NCBI GenBank assembly: GCA_030688365.1
Contig: JAUYIE010000005.1
Location: 71,764-112,884, forward strand
Direction: 5' to 3'
Source: a bacterium
GTDB lineage: Bacteria > Patescibacteriota > Patescibacteriia > JACQRZ01
Length of the DNA: 41,121 bases
A program made the translations under genes and the position numbers. Below are positions 1 to 9,947 of this stretch, in pieces. A model generated the notes under the pieces. The model was not told the DNA's origin and made no database searches. It saw only the letters and a program-made list of their open reading frames with translations. Each line of letters opens with the position of its first letter. Position 1 is the first letter of the stretch.

Positions 1-2507
1 AACCGTCGAATAAAAAGCTTTACGATTTCTGTGACAACAAAGTACCCGACGACCAAAGCCCCGACGACAACCATATTATGAGTATTCGGGGTAGTAAAAC
101 CAAGCCAATCGTGTCCTATTGTGGTAAAGGGTAATATGATGGTGAGAAATACAGCGACACCTGAACTCCACACCAACACAGGCGCTGGAGCTCTAGCACG
201 CCATATAGGATGCAATGTTCGTATAGAAAACAGTAATACGAGTTCGGTAAAGACCGATCCCATAAACCACATGGTGCGCAGTATCTCTTTCCCGTGTCCA
301 ACAAAGTATCCAAAAAAGGCAAAGTCAAACACCGTACTTACCAACCCCAATATAAAAGCCACAACCAATATATCGCGCACGTGGTACCGTTGCGGTCGTC
401 GTTGTGCCACTCCCCCATCTCTATCGGCTGCAATAGCAATCATCGGCCCATCAGTAAAAAGATTGAGAAGCAATATCTGCACCGTCAGCATCGGTAAATA
501 CGGTAATGTCAACGTGGCAAATATCAGTGCATAGAAATTTCCGAGATTGGATGTCAATGTGGCGCGGATATACGTAATCGTGTTAGCAAAAATATGTCTT
601 CCCTCTTGTATACCGTCAATAATCGGCCCAAAATCTTTGCTCGTCAAGATAATCGGTGCACTATCCTTTGCCATTTCTGATGCGTTATTGACCGCCAACC
701 CGACATGAGCAAGACGTAATGCAGGCGCATCATTGAATCCATCACCCAAAAATCCAACAATGTGTCCTTGTTGTTTGAGATGTTCTATCACTTCAAGTTT
801 TTGCAGTGGCATCATGCGCGCAAACGCGACAGGTTTCTCAAACACAAGAGCTTGCGCCCTTGCATTCATTGCAGAAAATTCATCCCCCGTAATCACGGAT
901 GTACGATCTTTGATTAGTCCCACTTTTTCTGCCACATACCCCACCACATCTGGTGCATCACCACTGACAATCATTACTTTGATTCCCAAACGATGTGCTT
1001 GTGCCAATATGGCTTTGACATTTCGTTTCAACGAGTCTTCAAATGAGATCATGCCGACAAAATCAGACTCCGCAATCATGTGACTATGTGAAATATGTTC
1101 ACCCCGTGCGATAGCGACTGCCACCACACGTCTCCCTTTTTGACCTTCCTCTTTTAGCCAATTCTGTGCACCCTCACGCTCTTTTTCAGACAATAATAAA
1201 AAAAATATTTCAGGGACACCTTTGAGAATATGAAGTTTTTTGCCATGTTCAAGGATCGTCGTCTGCTCGGTCCGCGTGATGGGATCAAACGGCGAGGAGT
1301 ATTCAATCATGAGTCTCGTACAACTCTCTCGCTCTTTTTGTGTCATGTCTTTGACAAGCGCATGAGTAAACGTATCTTCTTTAAATCGTTGCGTATCGCT
1401 ATCCCATGCACTATATCGCGCCCACGACAGTACCTCTTTCTTATTCCCCCAGATTGATGCGACGGTCATCTTGTTTTCTGTCAACGTCCCTGTCTTGTCC
1501 GCACATAGTATATCCACGCCACCCAAATCTTCAATCACGGACAATCGTTTGATGATCACACCCTTTTTCGCTAAACGTATCGCCCCACGCGACATCGAAA
1601 ATGTCGTCACAAATGGCAAAGCTTCAGGTACTACACCAACAACCAATGCTATTCCAAACACCGCCAACTCCACCGCGTTTGTTTCGTGTTGGAATAAAAT
1701 CTTAAGAATGACTAAGAGAATGATCGTAATAGAAACAACTGCAAACAACATAGCACCAAGTCGTTGGATACCATGTTCAAACTCACTGGGCTCGTGCTTG
1801 TTATTTGTTTTGGAAAAAAGTGAACCCGCAACGGTTGCATCACCGATTGCCGTCACCAAAAGCGTCCCCTTTCCCGCAACAACTTTTGTTTGAGAAAAAC
1901 CGATATTGCTCGCTTTAAAATAATTCGTCGGCGCACGCTTTGGTGTTTGAGTATTTTTCGTAATAGACAACGACTCGCCTGAAAGTACAGACTCATCAAG
2001 CTCCAGATGTTGAGCGGAAAGCCACACACCGTCAGCAGGTAGTATATCGCCCGGCCCGATAATAAGGATATCCCCTACAGTTACTTGTTCACTGCCAACG
2101 ATTGATACCGCGCCGTCACGGAGTACTCGCGCATGACGCTGGATATACTTTCGTAAGTGACTTCGTGCTTTGAGTGCGCGCATTTCTTGAAAAAATCCCA
2201 ACGCGACATTGATACACACAAAGGCACCAATCATGCTTGCTTCTATAGTATCGCCGATGAGCGCGGACAATAGTGATGCAATGATCAACAGATATACAAA
2301 TGAAGATGTACATTGATTCCACAGGATATGATACCAACGCGACTCATCTTTGCTGACACGATTGGACCCGTATTGATTACATCGTTTTACTATATCCTCT
2401 GTCGCAAGGCCGTGCGGAGAAGTTTTGAAATACTCAAAAAGCACGGACGGATGACGTGTCGCGACATGTGCATATGATAATTGTTCTGGAAAAATTTCCC
2501 GTTTCAC
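1..2507 (-). CDS. mgtA: P-type cation-transporting ATPase, MgtA (Mg2+)-like; 3' end runs off the window
   Basis: Absent from the ORF track because it is edge-truncated. Translated by hand from GTG 2507 (in-frame ATG at 2528 also possible): MKREIFPEQ..GFFQE..PGDILPADG..DESVLSGES..VVPEALP..CADKTGTLT (phosphorylation site, about 1480-1505)..GDGFNDAPAL..YFVVTEIVKLFIRR. Family is secure; ion specificity is inferred. Confidence 0.85.
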   Translation of the reverse strand, partial: MKREIFPEQLSYAHVATRHPSVLFEYFKTSPHGLATEDIVKRCNQYGSNRVSKDESRWYHILWNQCTSSFVYLLIIASLLSALIGDTIEASMIGAFVCINVALGFFQEMRALKARSHLRKYIQRHARVLRDGAVSIVGSEQVTVGDILIIGPGDILPADGVWLSAQHLELDESVLSGESLSITKNTQTPKRAPTNYFKASNIGFSQTKVVAGKGTLLVTAIGDATVAGSLFSKTNNKHEPSEFEHGIQRLGAMLFAVVSITIILLVILKILFQHETNAVELAVFGIALVVGVVPEALPFVTTFSMSRGAIRLAKKGVIIKRLSVIEDLGGVDILCADKTGTLTENKMTVASIWGNKKEVLSWARYSAWDSDTQRFKEDTFTHALVKDMTQKERESCTRLMIEYSSPFDPITRTEQTTILEHGKKLHILKGVPEIFFLLLSEKEREGAQNWLKEEGQKGRRVVAVAIARGEHISHSHMIAESDFVGMISFEDSLKRNVKAILAQAHRLGIKVMIVSGDAPDVVGYVAEKVGLIKDRTSVITGDEFSAMNARAQALVFEKPVAFARMMPLQKLEVIEHLKQQGHIVGFLGDGFNDAPALRLAHVGLAVNNASEMAKDSAPIILTSKDFGPIIDGIQEGRHIFANTITYIRATLTSNLGNFYALIFATLTLPYLPMLTVQILLLNLFTDGPMIAIAADRDGGVAQRRPQRYHVRDILVVAFILGLVSTVFDFAFFGYFVGHGKEILRTMWFMGSVFTELVLLFSIRTLHPIWRARAPAPVLVWSSGVAVFLTIILPFTTIGHDWLGFTTPNTHNMVVVGALVVGYFVVTEIVKLFIRR

Positions 2508-2552
2508 ACAAAAAAATGGTATATTCATTATTATACCGCAGATGATTCACTA

Positions 2553-2580
2553 TTGACATCTTTATTGGATGTTATATAGT
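2553..2580 (+). promoter_or_regulatory. sigma70-type promoter of clpB
   Basis: TTGACA (2553-2558), 16 nt spacer, TATAGT (2575-2580), directly upstream of the CIRCE element. Confidence 0.7.
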
Positions 2581-2584
2581 GACA

Positions 2585-2611
2585 TTAGCAGTCACTCATA
2601 CAGAGTGCTAA
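2585..2611. promoter_or_regulatory. CIRCE element (HrcA operator)
   Basis: TTAGCAGTC-actcataca-GAGTGCTAA versus consensus TTAGCACTC-N9-GAGTGCTAA: one mismatch, exact 9-nt spacer, upstream of a heat-shock gene. Confidence 0.93.
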
Positions 2612-2638
2612 ATCAAAACTTCACTATCCTATGTGCAT

Positions 2639-5260
2639 ATGATGAACAACAAATTCACAACACGAGCCCAGGAAACATTGCAAGCCGCGCAGATGTTATG
2701 CGCGGATAAAAATCATCAAGAACTTACTCCTACTCACCTTCTGTATGCATTGGTCAGTCACGCGGAAGGCGTTGTCACCAGTATTTTGCAAAAACTTGAA
2801 ATATCCGTGACAGATCTCAATGAAAAACTGGATGGAGAACTCCAACTACTTCCCCAGGCCCCATTAGAAATGGGAGGTCAGGTGTATGTATCTCAAGAAT
2901 TTGCACGAGTGATGAGTCAAGCGGATCGTGAGGCAAAAAATCTTGGTGATGAATATATCAGCACAGAGCATATTTTTCTTGCATTGATCCAAGTCCCATC
3001 TGTCGCACAATATATATTACGAACGATGAATGTAGAGTATGATTCAGTATTAAAGATACTTTCAGAAGTTCGCGGTAGTCACAAAATCACCGATCCTGAC
3101 CCAGAAAGTAAATATCAAGTATTTGAAAAATACACGATCAACCTCACTGATCTTGCACGCAAAGAAAAACTTGATCCTGTGATTGGAAGAGATGAGGAAA
3201 TCCGACGTGTGATACAGGTGCTTTCTCGGCGTACAAAAAATAATCCCGTCCTTATTGGTGAAGCAGGAGTAGGAAAAACTGCTATTGCCGAAGGTTTGGC
3301 ACAACGCATCGCATCAGGTGATGTGCCGGAATCACTAAAAGATAAAGAGCTCTTATCGTTGGATATCGGTGCGTTGGTGGCTGGTACGAAATTTCGCGGA
3401 GATTTTGAAGATCGACTCAAAGCAGTGTTAAAAGAAGTCAAAGCAGCCGCAGGTAAAGTCATTATGTTTGTGGATGAATTGCACACATTGGTCGGTGCCG
3501 GCGGTGCTGAAGGTGCTATTGACGCGTCAAATCTCCTCAAACCGGCGTTGGCTCGCGGAGAATTAAGTATGATTGGGGCTACCACCTTTAAGGAATATCG
3601 CAAACACGTTGAAAACGATGCGGCATTTGAACGCCGATTTCAACATGTATATGTATACGAACCAAGCGTGGATGACACGATTGCTATTTTGCGTGGCATC
3701 AAAGAAAAATACGAAGTCCATCATGGGGTACGTATTACCGATTCAGCAATCATTGCTGCAGCACAACTTTCACATCGATATATTTCTGATCGATTTTTAC
3801 CTGATAAAGCCATTGACCTGATTGACGAAGCCACATCTGCTATTCGCTTGCAGATAGATAGCCAGCCGATTGAACTTGATACGTTGAAACGTAAAGTCAT
3901 CAAACTTGAAATTGAAAAACAGGCATTACAACAAGAATCAGACACCCACTCAAAAAAGCGCCTCAAAGAATTGCAAAAAGAACTTGCGGAGATCAAAGAG
4001 GAATCCAATCATCTAGAGTTGGCATGGAAACACGAAAAAGAACTTATCACGAGTGTGCGTAATTTTCGTAAAGAAATAGAACAGCTCAAACAAGAAGCTG
4101 ATATTGCCGAGCGTCAAGTAAATCTTTCTAAGGTAGCCGAAATCCGTTATGGAAAAATTCCACAATTGCAACTAGAGATTGAAAAATCCGAAACAAAACT
4201 AAACTCACTGCAAAAAGATCACCGTTTTCTCCGAGAAGAAGTGACGGAGGAAGATATTGCCGGCATTGTCCAACGTTGGACTGGTATCCCTGCCGTACGT
4301 ATGCTCCAAAGCGAAGCGGAAAAACTCGCCCATGCAGAAAAATATATTGCACAACACGTTGTCGGACAACATACGGCAATCCAAGCGGTTTCAAACGCTC
4401 TGCGTCGCTCTCGTGCCGGCCTTTCAGAAGAAGGGCGTCCTATCGGATCGTTTATTTTCATCGGCCCTACCGGTGTGGGAAAAACAGAACTCGCTAAAAC
4501 GCTGGCAAATTTTATGTTCAACGACCCGACCGCATTGGTACGCATTGACATGAGTGAGTATGGTGAAAAACATTCTGTCGCTCGTCTTATTGGTTCACCT
4601 CCCGGCTATGTCGGGTATGATGAAGGTGGACAGCTCACTGAACAAATTCGCCGTAAACCATATAGTGTCATATTATTTGATGAAATCGAAAAAGCCAATC
4701 CAGAGGTATTTAATCTTTTACTACAAATACTTGATGAAGGACATATCACTGATGCCAAAGGACGAAAAGTCAACTTCAAAAACACCATTATCATCATGAC
4801 ATCAAATCTTGGTGGTGATCTAATCCGCTCCGTAGATATGGGCTTTGCTGAAAATGAGAAAGCAAAAGCACGAATTGACGTGAAAGATATGGAAACACGT
4901 ATCCACCAACTTCTTCAACAACAATTCAAGCCCGAATTTCTTAACCGTATTGATGAAGTTATCACCTTTCACCCTCTTGATGAAGAACACATCAATCATA
5001 TCGTGGAACTTCAACTTCGCAACGTCGTCACACGCCTTGCCAAACAAGATATCACTGTCAAATACTCCAAAAAACTCGTTGAGTTGCTTGCAATACGCGG
5101 TTTTGACCAATACTACGGCGCGCGCCCCCTCAAGCGCGTCATCCAACAAACCATCCTTGATCCCCTTGCTTTACGTATTGTAGACGGCGAAATCAAGGAA
5201 AATGCAAAAGTAAAATTGGACGCCAAAGATGAAAGTGTTGCCATCACCAGCGGATCGTAA
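2639..5260 (+). CDS. clpB: ClpB-family AAA+ chaperone with an extra ClpC-like MGF loop
   Basis: Clp-N repeats, NBD1 ([12 protein letters not shown]), long coiled-coil M-domain with AEIRYG, NBD2 ([15 protein letters not shown]), YGARPLKR. Start ATG 2639 or 2642 (track uses GTG 2633). Confidence 0.95.
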   Translation: MMNNKFTTRAQETLQAAQMLCADKNHQELTPTHLLYALVSHAEGVVTSILQKLEISVTDLNEKLDGELQLLPQAPLEMGGQVYVSQEFARVMSQADREAKNLGDEYISTEHIFLALIQVPSVAQYILRTMNVEYDSVLKILSEVRGSHKITDPDPESKYQVFEKYTINLTDLARKEKLDPVIGRDEEIRRVIQVLSRRTKNNPVLIGEAGVGKTAIAEGLAQRIASGDVPESLKDKELLSLDIGALVAGTKFRGDFEDRLKAVLKEVKAAAGKVIMFVDELHTLVGAGGAEGAIDASNLLKPALARGELSMIGATTFKEYRKHVENDAAFERRFQHVYVYEPSVDDTIAILRGIKEKYEVHHGVRITDSAIIAAAQLSHRYISDRFLPDKAIDLIDEATSAIRLQIDSQPIELDTLKRKVIKLEIEKQALQQESDTHSKKRLKELQKELAEIKEESNHLELAWKHEKELITSVRNFRKEIEQLKQEADIAERQVNLSKVAEIRYGKIPQLQLEIEKSETKLNSLQKDHRFLREEVTEEDIAGIVQRWTGIPAVRMLQSEAEKLAHAEKYIAQHVVGQHTAIQAVSNALRRSRAGLSEEGRPIGSFIFIGPTGVGKTELAKTLANFMFNDPTALVRIDMSEYGEKHSVARLIGSPPGYVGYDEGGQLTEQIRRKPYSVILFDEIEKANPEVFNLLLQILDEGHITDAKGRKVNFKNTIIIMTSNLGGDLIRSVDMGFAENEKAKARIDVKDMETRIHQLLQQQFKPEFLNRIDEVITFHPLDEEHINHIVELQLRNVVTRLAKQDITVKYSKKLVELLAIRGFDQYYGARPLKRVIQQTILDPLALRIVDGEIKENAKVKLDAKDESVAITSGS

Positions 5261-5267
5261 AAAATTC

Positions 5268-5296
5268 TTGTTCCTTCTTTTCCACTGTGCTATACT
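5268..5296 (+). promoter_or_regulatory. promoter with extended -10, near-leaderless
   Basis: TTGTTC-17 nt-TATACT preceded by TGc; ATG 5305 lies 8 nt after the -10 box. Confidence 0.6.
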
Positions 5297-5304
5297 GCTA
5301 CTAT

Positions 5305-6744
5305 ATGAAGCATCACGCTTTTTCATCAAAAAAACGTCAATTTAGTAACCGTATAACATCAGTTGCAGTCGTCGGTATGCTTATCCTCACTTTGCTGACA
5401 CCGTTTGACACCTATGCCGCTCTGACCTTTAACCCTAATAAAATCATCTCTGATGGTGAATTTTTTGATGTCAATTCCATGACATCTGACGAAATTCAAA
5501 ATTTTCTCGTAGAAAAAAAATCCGCGCTTGCTTCAAAGATATTTCCCGATGTAGACGGTCTAGTCAAACGAGCAGCCGACATCATCCAACGTGCAGCAAA
5601 AGAATATAATCTGAACCCAAAAGTATTGATCGTATTACTTCAAAAAGAACAAAGTTTAATTGAAAACCCTTCACCACGCCAATATAGTTATGATTGGGCG
5701 ACGGGCTATGGCGTATGCGATAGTTGTTCCCCTACTGATCCTCGTCTCCAGAAATTTAAAGGATTTGCAAACCAGATAGAAAATGCAGCATTTCAAAAAG
5801 TGTATTACACCACAAACCCTGAAAGATTCAATTTCAAACTGGGTTTTGCCGCAGACATAGACGGACAGTTGGTGATACCGGAGACAGTCGCTACCGCTGC
5901 ACTATACAATTACACACCACACCTTCATGGCAATGAAAACTTTTGGAAGCTGTGGACGCGATATTTTGGTAAATTTTATCCCGATGGTCTTGTAGTGCAA
6001 GAGGAAGGTGCCGGTGCGGTCTGGTTGTTGCAAGGTGGCAAAAAACGACTATTTGCCTCCGCAGGTGCACTTTTTTCACGATATAGCAAAAGCCAAATCA
6101 TTCAAATTAAAAAAGGTGACTTGGATACATACGAAACGGGTGATGTGATAAAATTTGCACAATACTCTCTTCTCCGTTCACCAAAAGGTGCTGTATTTTT
6201 GATTGTTGACGACAAACGGTATGGTATCACATCAGGAAAAGTCTTTAGAGAAATTGGATTCAATCCTGAAGAAGTCGTAGAAGCGACAGATGCAGAGTTG
6301 GCAGATATTCCTGTAGGCGGATTGATTACCCATACTAATGACAACCCTCGTGGACAACTATACCAGGATAAAAAGACTGGTGGCGTGTTCTTCGTCAAGC
6401 AAGGTATCAAACATCCGATCTGGGCGCGCGAGATACTGACGGTCAATTTTCCGTACACAAAATCTACACCAAAATCACCACAAGAGTTGGACGTACTCCC
6501 TACTGGCGCCCCGGTACTCTTTGACGATGGTACACTCATCACATCAGCCGAAAGTAGCGCAGTCTACATCATTTCAAATGGAGAGCGACGTCCGTTTGCT
6601 TCAAAAGAAGTATTTGAAACGCTTGGCTTCCAGTGGGACAGTATCGTCAACACCACCGATCGCGCACTGCATTTACATGCACAAGGTGATCCTATTGATA
6701 TAGGTATTGACTCATCTCCTGTAACGACTGCAACCCTTCCATAA
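5305..6744 (+). CDS. secreted protein: lysozyme/transglycosylase-like N-domain plus four repeats of about 58 aa
   Basis: Signal peptide (basic N-terminus, hydrophobic core, TYAA); AAKEYNLNPKVLIVLLQKEQ, GFANQ, ATAALYNYTPH; four repeats from about 5977 (YPDGLV.., FAQYSLL.., NPRGQLY.., FDDGTLI..). Confidence 0.6.
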   Translation: MKHHAFSSKKRQFSNRITSVAVVGMLILTLLTPFDTYAALTFNPNKIISDGEFFDVNSMTSDEIQNFLVEKKSALASKIFPDVDGLVKRAADIIQRAAKEYNLNPKVLIVLLQKEQSLIENPSPRQYSYDWATGYGVCDSCSPTDPRLQKFKGFANQIENAAFQKVYYTTNPERFNFKLGFAADIDGQLVIPETVATAALYNYTPHLHGNENFWKLWTRYFGKFYPDGLVVQEEGAGAVWLLQGGKKRLFASAGALFSRYSKSQIIQIKKGDLDTYETGDVIKFAQYSLLRSPKGAVFLIVDDKRYGITSGKVFREIGFNPEEVVEATDAELADIPVGGLITHTNDNPRGQLYQDKKTGGVFFVKQGIKHPIWAREILTVNFPYTKSTPKSPQELDVLPTGAPVLFDDGTLITSAESSAVYIISNGERRPFASKEVFETLGFQWDSIVNTTDRALHLHAQGDPIDIGIDSSPVTTATLP

Positions 6745-6748
6745 CCAT

Positions 6749-7540
6749 ATGCCTCTTGTATACGCGGCGGTTCTTCCTCACACTCCACTTTTGGTACCTG
6801 CAATCGGCAAAGAAAAACGCGATGCATTTACCAATACATTATCGGCATACAGCAAAGTCCGCGAACACCTTGCATCTCATAAAATTGAGAATGTTATTAT
6901 TTTGGCACCGCATGCACAGGAAACAAAACCCTTTTTCCAAATACAACATAGCATCACGTATAAGGCATCCTTTGAAGAATTCGGAGATCTTGTCACAACC
7001 AAAAATTATAGAGTAAATCATGTCTTCATCGATTATCTCAAACATTATTTTGAGGGTACAAACATACCATGGGTATACCACACGGATGAACAAGCTGAAT
7101 ATGCCGCAACAGTGCCCCTCCTTTCGTTGGAAATAGATAGAAAGATACCCATAACCATAATCTACCCACCCACATCTTCTGATCTTTCTGCTTTGTATCG
7201 TACAGGCATCTCCTTGTATGATGCGATTGCCAGTCATCACGCCAACATCGCTATTATTGGATCTGCAGACCTTGCACACACACTTTCTAAAGATGCTCCG
7301 GGGGGATTTCAAAAAAATGCAAAAGCATTTGACCAACGTATTGTGAGTGCCTTTGAAAAAAAACAATTTGATGCTTTACTGACCACACCAGAGTGCACTG
7401 TTGACGAAGTTAAGACGTGTTCCATGCCTATTTTGGCTATGTTATCGGGCATATTAAAAAATCTTCCCTACGAGCATCATACGCTTTCATACGAAGCGCC
7501 GTTGGGTGTGGGTCATCTTGTTATGGAATTTACAATATAA
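6749..7540 (+). CDS. MEMO1/LigB-like (class III extradiol dioxygenase fold, AmmeMemoRadiSam B-type) protein
   Basis: AVLPHTPLLVPAIG, ILAPH, GSADLAH, FDQRIV, SYEAPLGVGHLV motifs. Confidence 0.75.
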   Translation: MPLVYAAVLPHTPLLVPAIGKEKRDAFTNTLSAYSKVREHLASHKIENVIILAPHAQETKPFFQIQHSITYKASFEEFGDLVTTKNYRVNHVFIDYLKHYFEGTNIPWVYHTDEQAEYAATVPLLSLEIDRKIPITIIYPPTSSDLSALYRTGISLYDAIASHHANIAIIGSADLAHTLSKDAPGGFQKNAKAFDQRIVSAFEKKQFDALLTTPECTVDEVKTCSMPILAMLSGILKNLPYEHHTLSYEAPLGVGHLVMEFTI

Positions 7541-7545
7541 CTGCC

Positions 7546-9432
7546 ATGTTACACCAAGTATCCGTCATACCATCACTTAGACTCCCCAGACAGCTGGGTT
7601 TTTTTGACTATACCTACGATGACTCAACAAACGAAAAAATTAAAAAAGGCCAATTTGTTACCATACCTTTTAAAAATCGAGAATGCACTGGCGTTGTCAT
7701 GAACATTGAAAAACTTCATACAAATAAAAAACAGGTACAACTTAAAAGCATTTCTACTATTCGTCATGATCTTACCCCACTCCTTGAATCAGAAATATCA
7801 TATATTCTCAATATTTCTAGACACTACTGTGTATCGCCTTCCACCATGTTGCATTTGATGTACCCTCTGACACTTATAAAATTAAGAAAACGGGCAAAAA
7901 TAGAAAAAAGTACCGATAGTATCAAAGCACGACATCAACTCCCATTAAAAGGAAAACTGCAATCTGTATCATTTCATTATCAGCACATGCACGAAGCGAG
8001 TGATTATTACAAAGTCCTCGTCCGTACTGCCATCAAAAAAAAGGAACAGCTTATTATCGTTACGCCCACCTTGCAACGAGCGAAATATTTATTTGAACAC
8101 TTATCTCAATATAAATCGTCAATAACATTGGCAGAAAATGAAGGTATACGGGAACAACGATCGGTACGTACGATGGCACAGCGCGGTGACAATTTGATTT
8201 TTATCGGAGCGCGTTATTTGTTGGGAATCCCCTACTCCACTTTAAAAACAATTATCATAGACCAAAGTGAGCATCAAAATCACAAGCTTCATTTAGGAAA
8301 CCCGCTTATTGATAATAATGTTTCCGCTGTTTTTAAAGCATCGGCGTATCACGCACGTATCATTTTCTCATCGTGCGCGCCACGGCTGGAAGAATTTTCT
8401 TTTATCCCCTGCACTCATCCAAAAAGACATACAGCGTTTGCGCCGATTGTAATAAATATGCATGATGAATTCCGTGGCGGTAACGTTGATTTTATCAGTC
8501 AACGACTGCAAGAAGAAATCAGTAGTACACTCTTTGAAAAAAAATCCGTTGTATTGTATCTCAACCACAAAGGAGGAGGAAAATCCGTCGTATGTAAAGA
8601 ATGTAAATATGTTTTTATCTGTCCATCCTGCCAACAATATCTGCGTTTTAGTCAAAAAAATACACAATTACACTGTTTGACGTGCAAACACACACAGATA
8701 GCTCCTGATCAATGCCCACATTGTCATGGTGTATCATTATTATTTCTCGGACTTGGTATTGAAAAAATTGCACAACGACTCTCACAACTTTTTTCCAAAA
8801 TACCCATCTTCACTTTGGACAGCGAGACCACAACCGCGCATCTCTCGCCCAAACAACCCTCAATAATTGTTGCAACATCTCGTATCCTCTATGATACAAC
8901 TGATTATATTTCTTCAGCTGGTCTTATTGCATGCATTGCAACAGACCCTATTGTATCCATGGAACAATTCCGCGCGGTTGAAGGGCAATGGCAAGAATAT
9001 GCACAGTTTTTTTCCATGCGCAACACAGAGGCGACCTGTCTGATACAAGTATTTAACACTGACGTACCATTTATCCAAACACTAAAACTTCTTGATTATC
9101 ATTCATTTGCAAATAATGAACTGGCCATGCGAAAAAAATACCACCTTCCTCCTTTCACTCGCCACATCTTATGTACCTTTAAAGGTCGTGAAACAGAAGA
9201 AAATACCCAAGTAAAATCACTATGTAACGCGTTACAAGAAACGATTGACTTTTCATCAAATTCTACTACAATAACTCTAATTCCAAAATCATCAACACGA
9301 CGATCTAGCCGCATTTTAATACAGATCACCGCACCGTATGATTCGTTATATGTTACTCCAGAAGTCATCCATGCAGTCTTAATGAAATTATCAGCGGATT
9401 GGATGATTAATCCTGATCCGCGTATACTATAA
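7546..9432 (+). CDS. priA: primosomal protein N' (PriA), degenerate helicase motifs
   Basis: N-terminal FDY..GQFVTIPF..GVV 3'-binding domain; eight-Cys Zn region CKEC/CPSC/CLTC/CPHC; GLGIEKI; RKKYHLPPF; upstream of def-fmt. Start ATG 7546 (the track's 7417 overlaps the prior gene). Confidence 0.88.
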   Translation: MLHQVSVIPSLRLPRQLGFFDYTYDDSTNEKIKKGQFVTIPFKNRECTGVVMNIEKLHTNKKQVQLKSISTIRHDLTPLLESEISYILNISRHYCVSPSTMLHLMYPLTLIKLRKRAKIEKSTDSIKARHQLPLKGKLQSVSFHYQHMHEASDYYKVLVRTAIKKKEQLIIVTPTLQRAKYLFEHLSQYKSSITLAENEGIREQRSVRTMAQRGDNLIFIGARYLLGIPYSTLKTIIIDQSEHQNHKLHLGNPLIDNNVSAVFKASAYHARIIFSSCAPRLEEFSFIPCTHPKRHTAFAPIVINMHDEFRGGNVDFISQRLQEEISSTLFEKKSVVLYLNHKGGGKSVVCKECKYVFICPSCQQYLRFSQKNTQLHCLTCKHTQIAPDQCPHCHGVSLLFLGLGIEKIAQRLSQLFSKIPIFTLDSETTTAHLSPKQPSIIVATSRILYDTTDYISSAGLIACIATDPIVSMEQFRAVEGQWQEYAQFFSMRNTEATCLIQVFNTDVPFIQTLKLLDYHSFANNELAMRKKYHLPPFTRHILCTFKGRETEENTQVKSLCNALQETIDFSSNSTTITLIPKSSTRRSSRILIQITAPYDSLYVTPEVIHAVLMKLSADWMINPDPRIL

Positions 9433-9436
9433 TTAT

Positions 9437-9943
9437 ATGAAAAAACTCGCACTCGTACCTGCCAACGTGGCGGTATTACATGAAAAAACAAAAAAAATAC
9501 CGCTTGCAACAATCGTACAGGCGGATTTTCAAAAATTGATTGATGAGATGATCTATACGATGTATGAAGAAAACGGCATCGGTCTTGCGGCAACTCAAGT
9601 GGGAAAAGATATCGCGCTCGCTACATTAGTACCTGACCCCCATCGTTTTGATTTTTACAAAAATGGATCACGTGAAGCCATTGTTATCATAAATCCAACC
9701 ATAGCCAACACATCTATTCGCTCCAAGAGCGAAGACGAGGGTTGCTTATCAGTCCCCGGTTTTGTCGGTACGGTCAAACGACATAGTGCTGTCACCGTAC
9801 AGTTTACCGATCGCGATGGTACAACGCAAACAGTAAAAGCAAGAGGACTTCTTGCACATGTTTTTCAACATGAGATAGATCATCTCAACGGCACGTTGTT
9901 TCTAGATCGTGCGGAAAAATTATTCAAAATTGAACACGCCTAG
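9437..9943 (+). CDS. def: peptide deformylase
   Basis: GIGLAATQVG, EGCLSVPG, QHEIDHLNG. Confidence 0.97.
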   Translation: MKKLALVPANVAVLHEKTKKIPLATIVQADFQKLIDEMIYTMYEENGIGLAATQVGKDIALATLVPDPHRFDFYKNGSREAIVIINPTIANTSIRSKSEDEGCLSVPGFVGTVKRHSAVTVQFTDRDGTTQTVKARGLLAHVFQHEIDHLNGTLFLDRAEKLFKIEHA

Positions 9944-9947
9944 ATAT

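Noticed and set aside
116-2337. Several short track ORFs (121-534, 733-1083, 1230-1457, 1471-1893, 2116-2337)
   Set aside because: They are antisense or out-of-frame shadows of the edge-truncated P-type ATPase, whose conserved motifs are clear.
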